Assembly: GCA_963666275.2 (NCBI GenBank)
Contig: CAXXOA010000002.1
Coordinates: forward strand, 1,600,001-1,664,000
Origin: Oceanispirochaeta sp.
Lineage (GTDB): Bacteria; Spirochaetota; Spirochaetia; DSM-2461
Length of the DNA: 64,000 nucleotides
Reading direction: 5' to 3'
Numbering within the stretch: the first letter of the stretch is position 1; each line of letters begins with the position of its first letter. Made by a program: the position numbers and the translations under genes. Below are positions 19,206 through 29,141 of this stretch, piece by piece. Under the pieces are notes generated by a model that worked only from the letters and a program-made list of their open reading frames with translations, searched no databases and was not told the DNA's origin.

Positions 19206-20486
19206 ATGAAAAATCTTGTTTTTTCTCTCATACTGATCCTTCAGATCTGCCTGCCTGAAATTCTTGAGGCCCGGGAAATCAACAGCCTGGAAGACCTCCG
19301 TTATCTGGCACTTGAAAACAGCCTGGAATATAAAAAAGCTCTTCTCGAGGTAGAGCTGGCCGCCGGGAGCATTGAGTCTCCTGTGAATCTTGATGATACC
19401 ACTTTCGCGGCTGACCGGACATATAATGGGGAGTCTGAAGAGTGGAACTCCTCTGTGACAATGGATCTGCCTCTGCTGGACCAGCTCAGTCTAAACACTA
19501 CACTGACGGATGATCATTCCATTCAGGGTGGTTTTCAGTTTACACCTCTCAATCATAGCGATGACCGGAAACAGCTTAAAATCGCCCTGCAGAAAGCCAG
19601 GGCTTTTGCCAGAGAGACAGCTGTTTCAGTAGAAAACATAGCCCTTTCGACTGGTTTGAACTGGATGATACAGACCAGACTTCTTAAAAACCAGGATGAG
19701 CTGGTCTCAGTAAAAGAGAGCATCTATTCAGACGAAAAAATACGCTACCAGGCTGGGGAGTCTTCTCTGGATGATGTGAGAGAGGCTCTGCTGGATTGGA
19801 CTGAAGCAAGGAGTTCGCTCGGTGAGCTTCAGAATCAGGTAAGGGAGGCTGAGTCAGAACTGATCACAGCCTTTGGTGTGGCTCCGGAAGATATCGTTAT
19901 ACCCCTGCTGGAGCGTACATCCCTTGAGATGGAACTGGATAGGATTCAAGAAACCCTGCTCCCTGAAAGAACTGAGTTTTCGAGCCGCTATGAAATTCTT
20001 TCTGCACAGCTGGAGGTTCAGAGCGGCAAGGCCGAGCTTACGGATACCTGGTTGTTCGACCCGGATCTTACCATGAACACTATGGTGGACCTGAATGATC
20101 AGGAACTGGAATGGGAGGTGTCACTTTCCTTCAGTTTTTCTCCTTCCGACTGGCAGGCATCCCGGCGCAGGGACCTTAGAGCAGAACTTGATCTGCTGGA
20201 ACAGGAAGCACAGCAGATTGCCATGCAGAATCGTCTGTCCCTTCAGCAGGCTCTTACGGCTTTAGAGAATGCTGCCAGAGGAAGTGAAATGGCACGTATT
20301 GAAAGAGATCAGGCTGAAGAGCTGAATGTGGAAGCAGAATTCCTCTATGATCTGGGAGAATATTCTGAAGCTGAAAGGGAAGATGCCCTCGTCTCGTATC
20401 AGGCCGCTGAAATCAGTCTTTTCAGTGCACTGTCAGAGGAATATCTGGCCTGGCGGGAACTTCTTCTGTATATGCCCGGGGAGTGA
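19206..20486 (+). CDS. TolC-family outer membrane efflux protein
   Basis: Signal peptide, ALENS, repeated RYQAGESS/LYDLGEYS motifs; last gene of the efflux operon. Confidence 0.75.
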   Translation: MKNLVFSLILILQICLPEILEAREINSLEDLRYLALENSLEYKKALLEVELAAGSIESPVNLDDTTFAADRTYNGESEEWNSSVTMDLPLLDQLSLNTTLTDDHSIQGGFQFTPLNHSDDRKQLKIALQKARAFARETAVSVENIALSTGLNWMIQTRLLKNQDELVSVKESIYSDEKIRYQAGESSLDDVREALLDWTEARSSLGELQNQVREAESELITAFGVAPEDIVIPLLERTSLEMELDRIQETLLPERTEFSSRYEILSAQLEVQSGKAELTDTWLFDPDLTMNTMVDLNDQELEWEVSLSFSFSPSDWQASRRRDLRAELDLLEQEAQQIAMQNRLSLQQALTALENAARGSEMARIERDQAEELNVEAEFLYDLGEYSEAEREDALVSYQAAEISLFSALSEEYLAWRELLLYMPGE

Positions 20487-20577
20487 TCTCCCTCCCCGGG
20501 AGGGAAGGGGCTGGAGAGTCGCTATAAATAGCGTCTTTACAGAATCCCCCTAACCCCTCTCCCAGAGGGCGAGGGGA
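20487..20577. repeat. REP-like inverted doublet of G/C-rich hairpins between convergent genes
   Basis: TCCCTCC-ccg-GGAGGGA-AGGGGCTGG, central CGCTATAAATAGCG, then CCCCCTAA-CCCCTCTCCC-aga-GGGCGAGGGG. Confidence 0.55.
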
Positions 20578-20585
20578 GTTCTGTT

Positions 20586-21953
20586 TTATTTGAGGTAGTT
20601 GAGCCAGGGGGACTGGGCGGAGATGACTCTGTCCAGCATGTCCCTGAGGGTTGCGGCCTTGTCTACGACCGGGTTGGCAAGAAGGGCCTGAATGGCCAGA
20701 TCTTTGCTGCCTTTCAGGATCGCTTCGGCGGTCAGATCGTAGGTGCCTGTATAGTTTCTCAGGAGAGCGGTATAGCCTTTGGGAAGGTTTTCCATCTTCC
20801 GTCCTTTGACGCCTTCTTTTGTAATGATTCCGGGGACTTCTACAGCCACCCAGTCGGGAAGGTCGGCAATCAGTCCGTTGTTGGGAACATTGACCGCCGG
20901 TTCAATATAAGCGCTGTCATCGATCATGCCTTCCGCAATGGGAACGAACCGTTCGTGCACTTCCAGTTGAATCTCAGGTTTCGCCTCTACGCTGAGCATC
21001 TTCTTATAGAAGTCGTAGAAATCTACGATGCCCCTGTGATCCGCCACATCCCAGGCCCAGGAGAGGTACTCTCCAAAGTGGCTGTCCCCGGTGATCGGCA
21101 TAAGGTTGTAGTTTTCCATTATGAACTTGAACAGACGCCGGTCCGCCCAATAGTAGGCGCTGTTTTCAATACCCAGATCCATCCGGCTGGTGGAGCCTTC
21201 TGTATGGATTACCTTTCCTGTCTTTCGGTAGTAGTCCAGCATATCGCTGAAACCGGGTTCCTTGCTGAAAAAACCGGGAGCTTTCTCCAGTATTTCAGGA
21301 TAGAGATCCTTTCCAGTTTTTTTATCCCGGGCTTCCAGAAGGCAGCTGAAGTGGTTGAGCCCTGCCGCATAAAGCTCCATCTCTTCAAAAGGTTTATTCA
21401 GGATAGAGGGAAGGTATCTCTCCAGAGAGGCAATCTCATGGCACATTCCGACAAAATGGATCCCCGGGAAGGCCCTGTGGACGGTTGTGGTAATGGATGT
21501 CATGGGGTTTGAGAAATTGAAAATCCAGGCGTCAGGGCAGATGTCCATGGCATCCCGGCATATTTCCAGAATCGGCGGAACGATTCTCAGAGCATGAAAG
21601 AGCCCTCCGGGGCCGCCGTTTTCTCCGTAGACCTGATGGATCCCGTACTGCTGGGGAATCTTCCAGTCCTGATCCCACAGGGTGAATCTGTCTCCCACTT
21701 CAATGGATATGATTATAAAATCGGCTCCCTTGAAAGCCTCTTTCCTGTTTGTTGTGGCATTGATGGTGTAATTGAGTTTATGGTTTTCAAGAAAAGCATC
21801 GGTCTCTTCTTTTACATGGTTCAAAGCTTTTTCATTGATATCCAGCAGGGTAATTTCCGATCCCCGCAGTTTTTCACTGGCAAAAATGTCACCCAGCATT
21901 CCCAGGCCGAATTGAGCACTGCCTGCTCCAACCAATACGATCTTTTTATTCAT
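20586..21953 (-). CDS. palH: GH4 NAD+-dependent alpha-glucosidase (PalH-like)
   Basis: VLVGAGSAQFG, YGENGGPGG, NFSNP, CHEI cysteine motif, GLNH. Confidence 0.8.
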   Translation of the reverse strand: MNKKIVLVGAGSAQFGLGMLGDIFASEKLRGSEITLLDINEKALNHVKEETDAFLENHKLNYTINATTNRKEAFKGADFIIISIEVGDRFTLWDQDWKIPQQYGIHQVYGENGGPGGLFHALRIVPPILEICRDAMDICPDAWIFNFSNPMTSITTTVHRAFPGIHFVGMCHEIASLERYLPSILNKPFEEMELYAAGLNHFSCLLEARDKKTGKDLYPEILEKAPGFFSKEPGFSDMLDYYRKTGKVIHTEGSTSRMDLGIENSAYYWADRRLFKFIMENYNLMPITGDSHFGEYLSWAWDVADHRGIVDFYDFYKKMLSVEAKPEIQLEVHERFVPIAEGMIDDSAYIEPAVNVPNNGLIADLPDWVAVEVPGIITKEGVKGRKMENLPKGYTALLRNYTGTYDLTAEAILKGSKDLAIQALLANPVVDKAATLRDMLDRVISAQSPWLNYLK

Positions 21954-22120
21954 ACCAGTCTCCTGTTTTCTGTATTTGATGAATCCGTCCTCTGACGCGT
22001 AGGTACATCATAATGGGTGATAACAGGATAAATCAATATAAATCCCAATGAATTTTCATAATAAAGTGAAAAAATATGAAAAAAATAATGAAAATATGCA
22101 GTAGGATTTTCAGAGTTCCA

Positions 22121-22149
22121 TTGACACCTTCCAAGTCCCCCATTAGGAT
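22121..22149 (+). promoter_or_regulatory. Sigma70 promoter of the LacI gene, probably leaderless
   Basis: TTGACA-17 nt-TAGGAT-6 nt-ATG(22156); no SD. Confidence 0.65.
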
Positions 22150-22155
22150 AGCCTC

Positions 22156-23151
22156 ATGGGAAAGATTAATCTGAAAGATATTGCCGAAAGGTCAGGAGTC
22201 AGCATAAGTACTGTCAGTAGAGTTATTAATGATCCTGATCAGGTTAATATAGAGACCCGTGAAGCCGTCTATCAGGTTATGCGGGAACTGGGATACAGAC
22301 GGAGTCTGAAAAAAAATGAGAACAGACAGGGCAAAGGCGCTGTAGCCCTGATCACGTCTCACTCTGATTCGGAGTTTTTCATGGATTTCATCATTGCCCT
22401 CCAGCAGGAACTGGCCAGCCGGAATCTGTACCCGCTCCTTATCGATACCAGGGAAGAGGAGTCGCTTTCCCTTTTTCTGAGCAGGAACAGCAGCTGGGCC
22501 GATCTTGTGGATGCGGCGATTGTCTTTTTCTGCCATATAGATGAAATTGCCAGGGATTTTTTCAAAGAGCACAATATTCCCGTCGCAGCGGTCCACACAC
22601 GATGCCCCTATTTCTATGCAGTCATGAATAACGATTATATGGGCGGTTATGATGCGGCGTCTTTTCTGTGGAACAAAGGATACCGGTCCTTCGGTATGGT
22701 TTACTGGAGGGAGGATCAGTTCGACAGAAAGAGTATGGACAGAAAGCTGGGATTTCTCCGATTTCTGGAAGAGAAGGGGATTCCCTTTTCAGAGCAGAAA
22801 CAGCTCCAGTACAGTGATATTTCCCTGGAGGGAGGGTATAGGGCCACCGCCGCGCTACTGGAACGATACAGTCCGGATGCTGTCTTTTATGCCTGTGATA
22901 CCATGGCAATAGGGGGAATGGAGTACTGCCGGGAGAAAGGCATCTCCATCCCGGAAGAAGTGGCACTCATGGGGTTTGATGATATCCGTATGGCTGAAGC
23001 CATGAACCTTTCCACTATGAATCAGTTTATACCCGCCAAGGCCCGTTCCGTTTCAAATCATATCCTGCAGGCCCTGGAGGGGGCGCTTCCGGGAGAGTTT
23101 CCCGAGGAAGTGACCATCACTCCCATTGTCGTGGAACGGCAGACCAGCTGA
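22156..23151 (+). CDS. LacI-family transcriptional regulator
   Basis: LKDIAERSGVSISTVSRVIN HTH; IPEEVALMGFDD; divergent from the GH4 gene. Confidence 0.95.
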   Translation: MGKINLKDIAERSGVSISTVSRVINDPDQVNIETREAVYQVMRELGYRRSLKKNENRQGKGAVALITSHSDSEFFMDFIIALQQELASRNLYPLLIDTREEESLSLFLSRNSSWADLVDAAIVFFCHIDEIARDFFKEHNIPVAAVHTRCPYFYAVMNNDYMGGYDAASFLWNKGYRSFGMVYWREDQFDRKSMDRKLGFLRFLEEKGIPFSEQKQLQYSDISLEGGYRATAALLERYSPDAVFYACDTMAIGGMEYCREKGISIPEEVALMGFDDIRMAEAMNLSTMNQFIPAKARSVSNHILQALEGALPGEFPEEVTITPIVVERQTS

Positions 23152-23190
23152 AAATACAGGGTCGTCATCCACAGGCTGGCTGCCTGGAGA

Positions 23191-26040
23191 CTAATCGCTC
23201 TTTTTATTGAAATGACGGGAGAGAAAATTGGATAGTTCCTCTTTCTGGAAAGGCTTGGATATACTGTCAGTGAATCCGTAAGATCCCGGGAAGGCTATCA
23301 CGGCATCTTCTGAATATCCGCTGGACGCAAACAGTGGAAAATCATACCCCATTTCCCGGATTTTCTTCATTGTCTCAACACCACCCATGGCTCCCGGAAT
23401 CGTAAGGTCCAGAATCGCCGCATCAAAGGGGGCTTTATCTGAAGATCCATTGAGTATCTCCAGGACCTCTTCTCCACAGGATGCTTCGGTTACAGCAAAG
23501 TTCATGGACTCCAGCATATGCCTGAGAATCTCTCTGATATAATACTCATCGTCCATAATAAGCAGATGTCCTCCGCTTGTATATTTCTCCTTTTTTTCAG
23601 AGGAAAGCTGATGAGGCTTTTCTCCTACTGCGGGTAGGTAGAACCGAAAGGTCGTTCCCCGGGAGCTGCTGTTCACTTCAATGGCACCATCATGTTTTTC
23701 CAGAATGGAGTAACAGGTCGCCAGTCCCAGGCCGCTTCCCAGTTCTTTGGTTGTGAAAAAAGGGTCAAAAACCCGGGGAAGCACATCCGAAGGGATCCCG
23801 TGTCCAAAATCCTCTACGGAGATACAGACATAGTTTCCTGCCTTCAGAGACAGAAGGGAATCGGATTTGCTTAAGAATACATTCGCTCCGCGGACAATGA
23901 TGTTTCCCCCTTCGGGCATAGCCTGTATGGCGTTTATCAGCAGGTTATCCAGAACCTGACCGATCTGGTTACGGTCAAAACAGCAGGTATGCAAATCCTC
24001 TTCCAGATCAATCTGACAGGTGACGAATGATCCGCTCAGGGAAAAGTTCACCGAGTCCCGGACAAGAGAGGAGAGATCCCCGGTCTTCAGGTCCGGATGA
24101 TTTCCCTTGGAGAAGGTCAGGAGCTGCTGAGTCAGATCTCTCGTCCGGTTATAGACCTGAAAGGCCGATTCCAGGTACTTTTGTACCTTCTCATCCACAT
24201 TGTATGTCCGGGCCATTTCTATATACCCGAAGATTCCTGTAAGCAGATTGTTAAAGTCGTGGGCAATTCCTCCTGCCAGGAGTCCCAGAGATTCCAGGCG
24301 TTCAGCCCGCTGCATCCTGGTATGGAGCATCTGCTTTTCCGTGGTATCACGGAATACCAGAACCGTCCCGATAATTTTTCCATACCGGTCTTTTATGGGA
24401 GCTCCGCTATCGGCTATAATCCGTTCCGCCCCGTCTCTGGCCAGAAGCATCGTATGGTTGGCCAGTTCAATGGTCTCTCCCGATTGAAAAACCATGTCTA
24501 CAGGATTGGGACACAGGAGCCGGGTATACTCATCTACAATATGAAATACCTCCAGAAGAGGCTTTCCCCGGGCATCTGCTATGGGCCATCCCGTCAGATC
24601 TTCGGCAACGGGATTCATAAGTTGAACCATACCTCTTTCATCCGTCGTGATTACACCGTCTCCTATGCTGTGAAGGGTTACATCGAGTCTCTCTTTTTCC
24701 TGAAGAATGGAATTCTGGGCATTCTGAAATTCCGTAATATCATGGATGATTCCGAAAACTGTATTCTGATCTTCATTGAAAGCTGCTATGGAATGGATCT
24801 CCCTGATTTTTCCGTCAGAAGGGCGTTTTATCCGGAAGTTAATATCATATTCGGACTTTCCGGAGATAAGATCCACCAGTGCTTTGTCGAGAGAGGGGCG
24901 GTATTCCTGGAGAGGAATGGTCTGTACGACCTCCATATCCATGCTGTCCTGATCGACTCCATAAATGTTCAGAGCCCCTTTTGAAGCATGAAATTCCCTG
25001 CTGTCGAGGTTGAGTTCCCAGTGACCGAAATTGGCTATCAGTTCGGCCTTTTCCAGCTGATATTCATTTTTTTTCAGCTGCCTGTCTTTCTCAATCCGTT
25101 CAGTGACATCATGAATAATGGAAATGATCACAGAGAAGTTTCTGTTCTGAATCAGATTGGAATGGACTTCTACCTCCCGGCAGGTTCCGTCAGCCAGGGA
25201 ATGAACAGCCTGGAATGAATGAAGATTGTCTTTATTTACATTGCGGATATTGCTTTCTATCGTCCTGCTTTCGGAAGTATTGATTTGATAGACTGTCATG
25301 GTTTTGAGCTTTTCAAGAGACCATCCATAAAAGTCTGCAGCGGCTTTGTTTGCATCCAGGATAGCGCCGGTTTCAGGATCCACAAGCAATATGACCGAGT
25401 AGTTGTCCCGGAAAAGGCTGCTGTAGAGATCGTTGCTTTCAATCAGTTCCATTGTCAGCTTTCGGAAACCGATCTGGGTTACCATGATCTTTCCTACCAG
25501 AGCTGTTATCAGGGGGTATATAACCAGAAAGGGAAAGAGTGTTCCCCTGACAACAGTCATGTTCTGGGGGCTGGGGAGGAACAGGTAGAAAATGAGCAGT
25601 GTCACAACCTGTACGGAAAGACCGAAATATATATTTTTTTTCCAGTTCCAGGAGGTTAATTCTTTCATTAGGAAATACCGGGCGGTCACACCGATTGATC
25701 CGGATGCCAGTATGGTAAGAACACCAGCTGTCATTCCGGTTCCTCCGAGGATCATACGGTATGTTCCGGAAACTGCACAGGCTACGGCCGTAGGCAGAGC
25801 TCCCATATAGAGTCCTGAAATACTGAGGAGTATCGTTCTGCTGTCAAAAATCAGCCCGGGTCTGAGTTCAAAACTTCTGCTCATGAGAATCAGGGCGATA
25901 CAACCGATCAGAAACCCCTGAATCATTTGTCTGGGCAATTGATTGTTCCCTTTTTTCTGCTGAATCAGATATTGTATGAAAACAAGAGAAATCAGAAGTG
26001 AAATATTACTCACAAGTTCCGAGAGCAGGGGAAAAAGCAT
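23191..26040 (-). CDS. Hybrid histidine kinase (5TM-LYT sensor, three PAS, HisKA, HATPase, REC)
   Basis: PGLIFDSR membrane sensor, PAS repeats, GLLAGGIAHDFNNLL, GSGLGL, receiver ILDLTIPG. Confidence 0.9.
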   Translation of the reverse strand: MLFPLLSELVSNISLLISLVFIQYLIQQKKGNNQLPRQMIQGFLIGCIALILMSRSFELRPGLIFDSRTILLSISGLYMGALPTAVACAVSGTYRMILGGTGMTAGVLTILASGSIGVTARYFLMKELTSWNWKKNIYFGLSVQVVTLLIFYLFLPSPQNMTVVRGTLFPFLVIYPLITALVGKIMVTQIGFRKLTMELIESNDLYSSLFRDNYSVILLVDPETGAILDANKAAADFYGWSLEKLKTMTVYQINTSESRTIESNIRNVNKDNLHSFQAVHSLADGTCREVEVHSNLIQNRNFSVIISIIHDVTERIEKDRQLKKNEYQLEKAELIANFGHWELNLDSREFHASKGALNIYGVDQDSMDMEVVQTIPLQEYRPSLDKALVDLISGKSEYDINFRIKRPSDGKIREIHSIAAFNEDQNTVFGIIHDITEFQNAQNSILQEKERLDVTLHSIGDGVITTDERGMVQLMNPVAEDLTGWPIADARGKPLLEVFHIVDEYTRLLCPNPVDMVFQSGETIELANHTMLLARDGAERIIADSGAPIKDRYGKIIGTVLVFRDTTEKQMLHTRMQRAERLESLGLLAGGIAHDFNNLLTGIFGYIEMARTYNVDEKVQKYLESAFQVYNRTRDLTQQLLTFSKGNHPDLKTGDLSSLVRDSVNFSLSGSFVTCQIDLEEDLHTCCFDRNQIGQVLDNLLINAIQAMPEGGNIIVRGANVFLSKSDSLLSLKAGNYVCISVEDFGHGIPSDVLPRVFDPFFTTKELGSGLGLATCYSILEKHDGAIEVNSSSRGTTFRFYLPAVGEKPHQLSSEKKEKYTSGGHLLIMDDEYYIREILRHMLESMNFAVTEASCGEEVLEILNGSSDKAPFDAAILDLTIPGAMGGVETMKKIREMGYDFPLFASSGYSEDAVIAFPGSYGFTDSISKPFQKEELSNFLSRHFNKKSD

Positions 26041-26198
26041 AATTTCTCCTAGAAATCCGGTTGTTTTTACTTTAGCTTTCCGGTATCAATGCGTCAATTA
26101 CTATTCTTAATTATTAAGACGTGAAAAACAGTCAGGAAGACCTGAACCCGCCCATTCCTTCTCTTTTCGGAGTTCCCCTGATATACTCTTTAGGCAAT

Positions 26199-27146
26199 AT
26201 GAAAGAGAGCTATCAGAACTGCCGTATCTGCGGCAGAGACTGCGGAACAGACAGACAGAAAAGGACGGGCTGGTGCGGTCAGACCGACGTAATCCGCCTG
26301 GCCTGGGCGGGGCTCCACTTCGGAGAGGAACCTCCTGTGACAGGATCCGGGGGCAGTGGAACACTCTTTTTTTCGGGCTGTACCCTGGGCTGTCCCTTCT
26401 GTCAGAACTTTCAGATCAGCCGCTATGGAATGGGCCGGGAAGTAAGCCCTCGGGAGTTTATAGAAATCTGCCGGGCTCTGCAGGATGCAGGGGCGGAAAA
26501 CCTCAATCTGGTGACGCCCTCCCATTTTATCCCCTCTCTGGCGGAACTTCTTCTCCGGCTGAAAGAGCAGGGTGTCGATCTGCCTGTGGTATGGAATTCT
26601 TCAGGGCAGGAACTACCCGAGGCTCTGGATCTGGTTATCCCCCATATTGATATTTTTCTTCCGGATATGAAAACTCTGGACTCCCGGGTGGCCCGGGAAT
26701 ACTACCGCTTTGAAGATTACCCCCTCATCGCCCGGGCCTCTGTGGAGAGGATGATGGAAGCCCGGCCTCTGGAGCTGGACAGCCGGGGAGTTATGAAAAA
26801 AGGAGTTCTGCTGAGGCATCTGATCCTGCCGGGAGAGCTGGATTCCACACGGGAAGTTCTCGAGTGGTTTGCCCTGAAGGGAAAGGACAGGGCCCTCCTA
26901 TCGCTTATGAGTCAGTATACCCCTGTGAAAACCCCGGACTTTCCCGAGCCCCGGCCGGACAGGTATCTGAGCGAAGAGGAATACGATCAGGTTCTCTACT
27001 GGCTGTCTGAATATGATCTTGAGGAGGGATACATTCAGGAGCTGATCACAGGAAGCGACTGGCTTCCCGATTTTAATGAACCCCGGCCCTTTTCGTCCGA
27101 ACTCTCCCGGGCCCTTTGGCACTGGCGGGAGGGGTATCTGGTTTAA
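26199..27146 (+). CDS. Radical SAM protein, PflX-like
   Basis: CRICGRDC, HFGEEPP, CTLGCPFC motif, LLRHLILPG, LMSQYTP; ATG 26199 preferred over GTG 26121. Confidence 0.85.
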   Translation: MKESYQNCRICGRDCGTDRQKRTGWCGQTDVIRLAWAGLHFGEEPPVTGSGGSGTLFFSGCTLGCPFCQNFQISRYGMGREVSPREFIEICRALQDAGAENLNLVTPSHFIPSLAELLLRLKEQGVDLPVVWNSSGQELPEALDLVIPHIDIFLPDMKTLDSRVAREYYRFEDYPLIARASVERMMEARPLELDSRGVMKKGVLLRHLILPGELDSTREVLEWFALKGKDRALLSLMSQYTPVKTPDFPEPRPDRYLSEEEYDQVLYWLSEYDLEEGYIQELITGSDWLPDFNEPRPFSSELSRALWHWREGYLV

Positions 27147-27176
27147 GTCGGCTGCTTCCCGGATCTTCTGTTTAGA

Positions 27177-29114
27177 TCACTCCAGCGTCGTATAGCTTAT
27201 GGGGGCTCTGTTACTGTCCGAAGGGGATCTAAGATCCTCCCCCGGCCCTGATTTCAATCGGAGTTGTTCCGGCGGATCACAGGAATAACGGTCCTGATCA
27301 GATGGATTACCCCCATCTTCCATTTGTTCCTCTGTCCGGGATATGGTGTAATGGTCCACACTGTCGTGTATGGCTTCAATGCTTGCTACCATTTCGCGGA
27401 CCCTGTCAAAAATGGAATTCATACTGGCCTGAACTTCCCGTGTTCCCATGCCTATTTCAGATACCGCCTGCTGAACCTGGACAGAAATTTCTTCGGTGCT
27501 TGCAATATGTTCTCCCACGTCTCTGCTCACTGTTTTCATATTATTCGTTGCTTCGCTGACTTCGGAACTGACTTCTGTCAGAAGGCTCACGGCCGATGCT
27601 ATTTCCGCCGATCCCGCGCTCATCTCTTCCATGGTGTGGGTTATCTCAACAAGGGCTGATATGACCTTCTCAACTTCCGTTCCTATAGCATTGAAGGCAT
27701 CGTTGGCCTGAGAAGTTTCATCTGTCAGATCCTGAATCTGCGTGATCGCCTGATTGATGATGTCACGAATCTGGATGGCGTTGCCTGCGGTATCTTCAGA
27801 AAGTTTCCGCATCTCGCCGGCAACAACCGCAAAACCCAGCCCCTGTTTTCCCGCATGGGCCGCTTCGATTGCGGCATTCATGGACAGAAGAGAGGATTTA
27901 CCGTTCACATCACTGATCAGTTTGGTGATTATATTCATCTGCTCTACCGACTCTGTGAGTTTTTCCGCTGCCCGGGTGGATGCTGTCAGCTTTGTACGTC
28001 CTGTTTCAAGGACATCCTGAAGAGCCCTGGCGGATTCACTCCTGTTACGGGTTGTTCTGGTGACATTGTCAATCGATCGGATCATCTGTTCCACCGATGC
28101 GGAGGACTGGGTTATCACACTTGCCTGCCGTTCCACCTGGTTTTCTAGTGACTCGGCAGTGGATGAGATCTGTTCCGAAGAGCTGATCAGTCCATTTATC
28201 ATTGACTCCAGCGAACCGGTCTGTCCGCGGATCGATTCCAGGTTGGAACCGATCTCTACCATCGCCGCCTGTGTTTCAGTCGCAGCAGCAACAAGGCCGT
28301 TCTGGACCTCCTCACTGTCTCTGGTGACTTCAGAGGAAATATCCTGTATACGTCCGATAATATGACTCAGAGATTCGATCAGCTGATGAATGGCAGATCC
28401 AAGATGCCTTATCTCAATAAGCTGGGAGGTAGGTATGGACTGTATGAGATTACCGTTCGCCAGAGCAAGAGCTGTTGTACTCAGTTTTTCAATAGGTCTG
28501 GATATCCTTGATGTGGAAAAAAGGGCAAACAGGGAAGAAAGGACTATGGAGACCAGTATGGCAATCAGGGAGATCCGGTTCACAAACTTAAGATTGTTAT
28601 GGATATCGAAGGCACCCAGAGCCACGGCGTCGAATGACTCGGACCGGAGATTTTCTACAAGATCCGAAGCTTCCTCTGCTATTGCCCCGAAATCTTCCAG
28701 AAGATAAAAACCTTCATCCTCATCTCCTGCATTGAAGGCCGCGGTCATTTCAAGACCGGCGTTGAACATCTCTTCAAAAAGCAGCTGCATGTCGTTCAGT
28801 TGGGTCAGCTGTTCTCCCTCCGTTTCCTGTTCCAGGTTCTGAATGAGCTGCCGTACATCGGCAAAAATCTGATCAGCCCTGTCCAGTCCGAAAGAGTCTC
28901 CTGTCAACGCCGCATCGAGCATCCAGCGCTGGATGGATGTGATGGATAGGGCAATCTCTTCCATCCGGCTGGCCCTGGGCAGGGCATCTCTCCGTACGGA
29001 TTCGGTTGTTGCAATGCCCCGGCTGTTCAACACAATAGAAAAAAGAGCACTCGCGGCAAAAAGGCCGACCACAATGGCAAAAGATATAAAGAGTCGGGAT
29101 CGTATCCTGGTCAA
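27177..29114 (-). CDS. Methyl-accepting chemotaxis protein
   Basis: Two TM helices, helical periplasmic domain, HAMP, LLSMNAAIEAAHAGKQGLGFAVVAGEMRKL; TTG start with GGAG SD. Confidence 0.9.
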   Translation of the reverse strand: MTRIRSRLFISFAIVVGLFAASALFSIVLNSRGIATTESVRRDALPRASRMEEIALSITSIQRWMLDAALTGDSFGLDRADQIFADVRQLIQNLEQETEGEQLTQLNDMQLLFEEMFNAGLEMTAAFNAGDEDEGFYLLEDFGAIAEEASDLVENLRSESFDAVALGAFDIHNNLKFVNRISLIAILVSIVLSSLFALFSTSRISRPIEKLSTTALALANGNLIQSIPTSQLIEIRHLGSAIHQLIESLSHIIGRIQDISSEVTRDSEEVQNGLVAAATETQAAMVEIGSNLESIRGQTGSLESMINGLISSSEQISSTAESLENQVERQASVITQSSASVEQMIRSIDNVTRTTRNRSESARALQDVLETGRTKLTASTRAAEKLTESVEQMNIITKLISDVNGKSSLLSMNAAIEAAHAGKQGLGFAVVAGEMRKLSEDTAGNAIQIRDIINQAITQIQDLTDETSQANDAFNAIGTEVEKVISALVEITHTMEEMSAGSAEIASAVSLLTEVSSEVSEATNNMKTVSRDVGEHIASTEEISVQVQQAVSEIGMGTREVQASMNSIFDRVREMVASIEAIHDSVDHYTISRTEEQMEDGGNPSDQDRYSCDPPEQLRLKSGPGEDLRSPSDSNRAPISYTTLE

Positions 29115-29141
29115 TGTAATGTTCTCCCTTTTAAATAGATT

